Positions 57,996 to 64,000 of a stretch of 64,000 nt of DNA are shown piece by piece. The DNA comes from an uncultured bacterium. Its GTDB lineage: Bacteria; Actinomycetota; Acidimicrobiia; Spongiisociales; UBA5794. Numbering within the stretch: position 1 is the stretch's first letter; the number at the start of each line of letters is the position of its first letter. The notes under the pieces are model-generated. The model was not told the origin of the DNA and ran no database searches. It saw only the letters and a list, made by a program, of their open reading frames with translations. Made by a program: the position numbers and the translations under genes. Where the stretch lies: NCBI GenBank assembly GCA_963801165.1, contig CAWDDT010000004.1:768001-832000 (forward strand). Reading direction: 5' to 3'.

Positions 57996-59994
57996 TGGCA
58001 GGGCCCCGGTTGATGCTTGGCGTCGAACTCGGCCCGATCCCGCAGTGACGTGGTGATGGCGGATTGGGCCATACGACCGAGCCGGTTTACCTCATTCTGC
58101 ATCCGGTGCCGGTTGAGATCCGAGTCGAGGATGAACGACCTGTCGCGCGGCTTTCCCTTCCTGCGCAGCTTGCCGACTGTGTACTGCCAGATCTTCTCGC
58201 ACTGCCATTCGCCGTTGACGCAGCGGTAGTTGAGGTACGGCGTAGCCGTGATGGTCTGCTCGAACAGGGTGAGGTGCACGTCGTAGATCTGATTTGCCTC
58301 CAGCCACTTCCCGACCGTCTCGGCCACGAACTTGCCGAGCTTGGCGGCTTCCTTGACCACGGCAACGATGGCATCGGGCGCCGAGGTGGGAATCGAGATA
58401 TCGGTTAGGCCCGAGGCCATGGCACCCTCGGCGGTGCCCTGGACGAGACCGGCCGTTCCCATAACGTAATTACCGGCGCTGAGGCCACCAAGTGCGGTCG
58501 TGACCGAGCCGGCGGCTGATGTGGCGCCGAGCGCCTTGCCGAGTATGTCGAGGGCGGTGACCGCTTCCCCGAGGCCGACCGTCATTGCCCGGGCCTCGCC
58601 GACCTTGCGCTCGGAGCCGGCATGGACGGTGACGATGACGCTGAAGTCGACGATGGGCGTGATCTTCTCTGGCTTACCGACCTGGGAGTATGTGGTGCCT
58701 TCCTTGCACCCCGTCTTGATCGGCTGCTGCGGCGGTGGAGGTGCGGAGACCCCTGGCCCGGGTGGTCCGCTCGGACCTGACGTGCCCGGCTGTCCGGGTT
58801 GGGCCGGTGGGATGGGAGCCGCTCCCTCGCCGAGACATCTGGCCAGCGCCTCCTCGGCTTTGCGGACCTCCTCCTCGGCTTCCTGGAACCGCTCATGCCA
58901 CTCCTTGACCCGGGCCTCGTCCTCGCTGAGCGCTTGCTTGGCGATGGCGATTCTCTCTTCGAGGTAATGAGTCTCGGCGTTCATCTCGGCTTCGGAGATG
59001 CGCTTGCCCTCGTGGGCGTAGTAGGTCGTCTTGCCCTCGGTTGTCGATCCCCGTTGCTTCGACTTGCGATAGGACTCGAGATCGGCCTCGAGTTCCTTGA
59101 TCTCGGCCTCGTCGGCTTCCATGTCGTCGAGCGCGTGTTGCAGTGTCTCGTTGATCTCACCGAGCCGGTGCTGGGCGTTGGCGAGCTCTTCTCGCTCCCG
59201 GTCGCAGTTGTGCTCCTTGCCGCCGAGGGCAATCACGAGACCGCCGATGAGGATGAGGGCTCCGCCGCCGATGAGGATGCCAGGCCAGGGGAACCCGCCA
59301 CCAGTGTCGGTTGCCGGAGCGGTGGTCGTGGTGGTTGGAGCTGCGGTCGTTTCCTGCGGAGCCTCAGTAGTGGTGGTGGTAGTTGTCGTGGTAGTGGTGG
59401 TGGTGTTGTTGTTGTGGTTGTTGTTGTGGTGGTCGTCGCCGCGACGGGCGTGAGCACGGTGGAGTCGCACACGGGTTGGTTCTGGTCGACGACATAGGTC
59501 CCGTTGTCGCCGATGCCGGTGACGTCGATGGGGGTGATCGCGGCGTTGCTGACGGTGGCGCCGTTGATCTGATGGGGTCCGTATGAGAAGAGTGGTGCCT
59601 CGGCGAATGCCAGACCGTCTGGTCCAACCACTCCCATCCCCACCTGCTCCCCGGATGCGCCGGTGAGATCGAATGCGAAATCGTCTCCGGCATACTCGGG
59701 GGGAAGGACGACCCCCACGATCATCTTCGACGGGGCGTCACCGATGGGATCGTCGGGGAAGTGGATGATGCCGATGCAGGAGTCGTCGGGGACGAGGTCG
59801 GGGACGCGAATGTCCTGTGCGGCCGCTCGATCGATTCCCGATGTGGTTGTCAGGACGGCGACAAGCACGAGCGCAAACGCGGTGATTCTCCTGCAAACCC
59901 CTCTCACAATGGTCAGAACCCTATCGAAAGGTCCTCGATCGCGGGGTGGAGCCGTGGTTGCTGGCCCAAAGCCGGTCAGCGGTTGTTCCACCAC
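57992..59994 (-). CDS. type I membrane protein: extracellular domain, Thr stalk, TM, coiled coil, Pro linker, unknown C-terminal domain; 1-nt frameshift near 59405
   Basis: ORFs 59233..59994 and 57992..59470 join if one A is added in the ACA/ACC Thr run; start uncertain. Confidence 0.7.
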
Positions 59995-60064
59995 GCTGAC
60001 GACTTTTTTCGCGTATTTGGCGAATTCGGCGCGTATCTTCTAGTGAAGAGGGAAGGAGATACTT

Positions 60065-62251
60065 CTGCGACAAAGGGAGTACGTCGACTTCGACCTGGAG
60101 ATCGAGGATCTCGGGGACGAGCATTTCCGTGCCCGGGTCCTCGACTCGCCGACCGGGCAGGCGAGCATCGAGTTCGAGCTGCCCTTCTCTCCGCTCGAGC
60201 TGGAGAATTTCTTGCTCAAGATCGGCCGGCCTCGCACCGGGGTGCGTCGCATCGAATCGCCTGAGAATGCGGCGGCCCGGGAGTTCGGCACCCGTCTTTA
60301 CGACGCGGTATTCGCCGGCGATGTCGGGACCCAGTGGATGCGGAGCATCGATGCCACCGAGCGCGAGCAATGTGGTCTGCGGTTGCGATTGCGCCTATCC
60401 GAGGCGCCTCAGCTCGCTGATCTTCCGTGGGAGTATCTGTACTCGCCGGCGACTGACGATTTCGTGGTGCTGTCGTCGTGGACGCCGGTGGTGCGGTACA
60501 TATCTCTCGAAAGAGGCGCCTCGCCGCTCACGGTCACCCCGCCGCTGAAGATGTTGGCGATGGTGTCGAGTCCTTCGGACTACCCGCCGCTCGATGTCGA
60601 GGCCGAATGGGCTCGGCTCGACGAAGGGCTCGAGGACCTGGTCGGGCGGGGCGTGGTGCAGATCGAGCGGATGGAGCGGGCCACGTTGCGGGAGCTGCAG
60701 CGGGCACTCGTTCGCGACGACTTCCATCTGTTCCACTTCATTGGTCACGGCGGCTTCGATGACTCGGCCAACGACGGGGTCTTGCTGCTCGAGACCGATG
60801 AGGGTCGGGGTCGGGAGGTTTCCGGTCATCAGCTCGGCACGATCCTCGACGACGCCAGGACCATCAGGGTCGCGGTGCTCAACGCCTGTGAGGGGGCGCG
60901 CACGTCTGAGACCGATCCGTTTGCCGGGGTGGCGCAGAGTCTGGTGGCTCGGGGCATCCCCGCGGTGGTTGCCATGCAGTTCGAGATCACCGATCGGGCG
61001 GCGATCGTCTTCGCCCACGAGTTCTACACCGCTATCGCCGGCGGGCTTCCGGTGGAAGGCGCGGTCGGGGAGGCACGCCGGGCGATCTTTGGATCGAAGA
61101 ACGACGTCGAGTGGGGCACCGCCGTGCTGTACATGAGGGCCGAGGACGGGCGTCTCTTCGATCTCCGCCAACTATCCGAATCGACCCTCGAGATGGAGCG
61201 GGACACCGTCTTGATGGAGCAAACGGCGCCCGGAGAGCCTGTCGATGAAACGGTGGAGAGCTCTGGAGAGGCCCCGGGCACGGAAAAGGAGACCGCCACA
61301 TCGGCACCTGAGCCGGAGACGTCTCGGGAAACAGCCACCGTGGACGAGAACGCTGTTGCACCTACGCCGAAGGTGGCGGCGTCTGATGAAGCCGTGACCG
61401 CGGAGACCGGGGTCATCGCTTCTGAACCGGTGCCCGAACCCGGGCCGGAGCCGGGTTTCTTCGAGCGCTACTCCCGTGCGCTTGGTGCGGGTGTGGTCGC
61501 GATCTTCGTTATCGCCATGGTCGTAGTGCTGTTGCACAATGGCGATGGTGAGGGCACGACAACGACTGCGGGGGACGAATTCCAGATCGTCGACAGCTCT
61601 GAGGTGACAATGGTGCCAACACCCGGTGTGACCGTTGATGGCTTCCTCGGGGATTGGGAGTCGTTGACCGTCGGGTATCGGCTCAGCCACCCGGTACGCG
61701 ACAATCTCACCGAGGACCGCCTTGGTTCCGACTCGGTGGGCACCCTGGTGGTTGCCTACGACGATGCGGCCATGTATGTGGCAGTGGACGTCGAAGACGA
61801 CATCTATGCCCAGGCGAACACCGGCAACCAGATATGGCGGGGCGACGCCCTCGACATAAACCTATATGTCGGGCCGGGCCCGGCGCCCGGGCACCCCGAT
61901 GCGGATACCTTCCAGCTCACCATGACCCCGCTTGCCGGGTCGACGGGGCAGCCGGCTGCTGTGCTCTTCGTCGGTGATGGCAAGCAGTTCGCCGACAACG
62001 ACACTGACATTCCGGTCGACGTGCGGGGAGCCGTCGACACCGACGGTAACTGGCGTCTGGAAGCGCGCATTCCCTGGAGCCTGTTCGGCCTCAACGACAA
62101 GCCGGACGAGCTCGATGCCGCCCTGTTCGCCCTGTTTGACAACGACGGTGAATCCGCGGCCGGCAAACCTCTCCAGGCCGGGATCCTCGCCAACCTCGAT
62201 GGAGTCTTCTTCCAGCAACCGACAACCTGGGGCGTACTGACCTGGGAGTAA
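60065..62251 (+). CDS. CHAT (caspase-like) protease + TM + extracellular CBM9/DOMON-like sugar-binding domain
   Basis: 'LPWEYL', 'HFIGHG' (His), 'VLNACEG' (Cys), 'VVAMQFEI'; TM; 'VDGFLGDW..YVAVDVEDD..WRGD..LEARIPW'; CTG 60065 after AAGGAG. Confidence 0.82.
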   Translation: MRQREYVDFDLEIEDLGDEHFRARVLDSPTGQASIEFELPFSPLELENFLLKIGRPRTGVRRIESPENAAAREFGTRLYDAVFAGDVGTQWMRSIDATEREQCGLRLRLRLSEAPQLADLPWEYLYSPATDDFVVLSSWTPVVRYISLERGASPLTVTPPLKMLAMVSSPSDYPPLDVEAEWARLDEGLEDLVGRGVVQIERMERATLRELQRALVRDDFHLFHFIGHGGFDDSANDGVLLLETDEGRGREVSGHQLGTILDDARTIRVAVLNACEGARTSETDPFAGVAQSLVARGIPAVVAMQFEITDRAAIVFAHEFYTAIAGGLPVEGAVGEARRAIFGSKNDVEWGTAVLYMRAEDGRLFDLRQLSESTLEMERDTVLMEQTAPGEPVDETVESSGEAPGTEKETATSAPEPETSRETATVDENAVAPTPKVAASDEAVTAETGVIASEPVPEPGPEPGFFERYSRALGAGVVAIFVIAMVVVLLHNGDGEGTTTTAGDEFQIVDSSEVTMVPTPGVTVDGFLGDWESLTVGYRLSHPVRDNLTEDRLGSDSVGTLVVAYDDAAMYVAVDVEDDIYAQANTGNQIWRGDALDINLYVGPGPAPGHPDADTFQLTMTPLAGSTGQPAAVLFVGDGKQFADNDTDIPVDVRGAVDTDGNWRLEARIPWSLFGLNDKPDELDAALFALFDNDGESAAGKPLQAGILANLDGVFFQQPTTWGVLTWE

Positions 62252-62282
62252 CTGAGCTCACGGACGCGTTTGGCCGGGGCAG

Positions 62283-62360
62283 CACAACACAACAGGCCCC
62301 CAGGGGGGACGAGGGGCCTGTTGCGAAAACGGGTGACGTGGTGTTGAACTTCACCCGCAA
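62283..62360 (-). ncRNA. candidate small RNA with two hairpins and a C-rich loop
   Basis: TAGAAT (-10) at 62372-62367; stem CGGGTGA..TCACCCG; 11-bp stem CAACAGGCCCC/GGGGCCTGTTG with loop TCGTCCCCCCTG and a TGTTGT tail. Confidence 0.35.
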
Positions 62361-62446
62361 GCACGAATTCTAGACCTGGAAGCGGTGTTGCCGTCGTGCA
62401 GGTCCCGGGCTCGTGATGTTGCGCGGATTCCATTGCCATCGCCGGT

Positions 62447-62474
62447 TCAAGCCCTCGTCGGGCGCTGCCGATAC
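62447..62474 (+). promoter_or_regulatory. sigma28/WhiG-like promoter TCAAG-N15-GCCGATAC
   Basis: tcaag ccctcgtcgggcgct gccgatac, 33 nt before ATG 62508. Confidence 0.55.
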
Positions 62475-62507
62475 CTGATAGCGCCCGGGCCGAGCTAGAA
62501 GGGGCAG

Positions 62508-64000
62508 ATGGTGCTGCGATCGAGAAGACTGCTGGCGGCCGTGGTGGCCGCCACTGCGATGGTCGCCGTCGCCCCTGCCGCCTCCGGCGCCAGCACTCCT
62601 CAGCCCGTGCTACAAGGCGACGACTGGTCCGCCCCGGTCAGCAACGTCTCCCAAGGCTTCAGCACGATTCAGGGTCTCTTCGACGACGACCCGACCGGGC
62701 TCATCCCCAAAACGCCGTTCGTGCAGCGCTACTCGCTCGACCAGGATCACTGGGAGGTGTGGCTGTGCGGCAGCGTCTCGTCCACCCTGCCGCAGGCAAT
62801 CGCGGCGCTCGAAGCCGCCACCGTCGACTACTACGACTCGCTCTCGGGTGGGGTATACGAGCCGGTGTTCACTGCAGGTGGCACGATCCCGACCGACTCG
62901 AGCTGTATCAACGGGTTCTTGAACGGCACCTATACGCCTGTTGGAAGTCCGGAGGGTCTGTTCGTCATCGACTCGGTTACAGGCGGTGGGTTCGCATCGC
63001 CGGGCATCATCTGTATCTCGAGCGACCCCGACTGTTCTTGGATCGGCTCCACCTTCCCGGACAACCAGCGCTATGCAGTGGTGGGAGAGAGCTCGCTGCT
63101 CAACTACCCGTCGGTGACTGCCCACGAGCTGGGCCACACGCTGCAATGGCCACATTCGAACTCGGGGACCGGCGACGAGTACGACAACCCGCTCGACCTG
63201 ATGAGCGGCAACAGCACCACCGGTGGCTGGACGGAGCCTGATCCGTACGCAACGTTGTCGTACAACCGGTTCCAGTCGGGGTGGGTGGCGACCGACGATG
63301 TCGTGATCGCCGACGGCAGCTACCAGGCGGCGACGCTCCAGCCGCACAACGTCGCCGGGACGCAGTTGTTTGCGATCAAGACCGCCCAACCGGGCCGCTT
63401 CTATGTCCTCGGGGCGCGCACCACCTCGACCTACGACCCGATCCCGTCGGCGTGGCAAGGGGTCGAGGTGTACGAGGTGGACTACTACTGCGACGACGGC
63501 GCCTTCGGAGGCGGGATCTGCCCGGGTATCTACCGGGACCAGACCCAGCAGCCGCCCAGTCCCAATGGGGTCGGCCACGTGCTCCAGGCAGGGGAAAGCA
63601 TCGAGATCGAGGGTGTCACCGTCACCGTCACCGGGGCGACTCCTACCGGATACACCATCACCGCCGACCCCGACCCCGATACCGACACTGCCCCGTCCGC
63701 ACCCGGGATTCCCAGCGTCGCCGTGGGCGACGAGCAGGCGACGCTCAGCTGGACCGCGGCCGGCGACGGCGGCTCCCCGATCCTCAACTACGACGTCGAG
63801 GTGGAGAACCGCGACGTCGGCGGCAGCACCGTCACCGATGTCGGGGTGACGTTGTCGAAGACGATGACCGGGCTCGACAACGGCATTACCTATCGGGCGC
63901 GAGTGCGGGCGACCAACGCCATCGGGGACGGGCCCTGGTCGGCATGGTCACAGGACTTCACGGTTGGCACCGTACCGACCGCACCCGGCATCCCGACGGC
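62508..64000 (+). CDS. secreted zinc metallopeptidase + fibronectin type III repeats (partial, runs off the window)
   Basis: absent from the ORF track because it has no stop; signal peptide, HELGHTLQWPH, EYDNPLDLMSGN; FN3 'LSWTA..DGGSPILNYDV..GLDNGITYRARVRATNAIG.G.WS'; paralog of 6394..8199. Confidence 0.85.
   Translation, partial: MVLRSRRLLAAVVAATAMVAVAPAASGASTPQPVLQGDDWSAPVSNVSQGFSTIQGLFDDDPTGLIPKTPFVQRYSLDQDHWEVWLCGSVSSTLPQAIAALEAATVDYYDSLSGGVYEPVFTAGGTIPTDSSCINGFLNGTYTPVGSPEGLFVIDSVTGGGFASPGIICISSDPDCSWIGSTFPDNQRYAVVGESSLLNYPSVTAHELGHTLQWPHSNSGTGDEYDNPLDLMSGNSTTGGWTEPDPYATLSYNRFQSGWVATDDVVIADGSYQAATLQPHNVAGTQLFAIKTAQPGRFYVLGARTTSTYDPIPSAWQGVEVYEVDYYCDDGAFGGGICPGIYRDQTQQPPSPNGVGHVLQAGESIEIEGVTVTVTGATPTGYTITADPDPDTDTAPSAPGIPSVAVGDEQATLSWTAAGDGGSPILNYDVEVENRDVGGSTVTDVGVTLSKTMTGLDNGITYRARVRATNAIGDGPWSAWSQDFTVGTVPTAPGIPT

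Overview
High-GC bacterial DNA, most consistent with Actinomycetota, probably class Acidimicrobiia. This is inferred from an actinobacterial LexA box, two F420-dependent enzymes, DUF3039, an MMPL transporter, many leaderless genes and numerous 'GCNPP..FCP' SLH-type repeats. About 50 CDSs; I see no rRNA, tRNA, CRISPR array, integrase or transposase. Recognisable genes include gltB-gltD, ligB, dinB with a perfect SOS box, soxR, a GH1 beta-glucosidase, a DrrAB-type ABC exporter, and MMPL, MFS and EamA transporters. Points worth a second look: (1) soxR diverges from a split transketolase-like pair across a textbook MerR-type promoter with a 19-bp spacer and a Sox box; (2) six secreted proteins each carry three SLH-like repeats with an invariant Cys pair, fused to different cargo domains; (3) a sigma28-like motif (YAAG-N15-GCCGAT) lies upstream of several surface-protein genes; (4) a CHAT protease-TM-sugar-binding-domain protein with an apparent CTG start is divergent from two unknown membrane-anchored proteins; (5) there is a ~205-bp REP-like palindromic array, a dispersed ~75-bp element, five unrelated 14-15-bp tandem arrays near gene ends, and a candidate sRNA with a C-rich loop. 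Three single-base frameshifts in homopolymer or low-complexity runs look like long-read errors. All family calls come from motifs recognised by eye, not from database searches.
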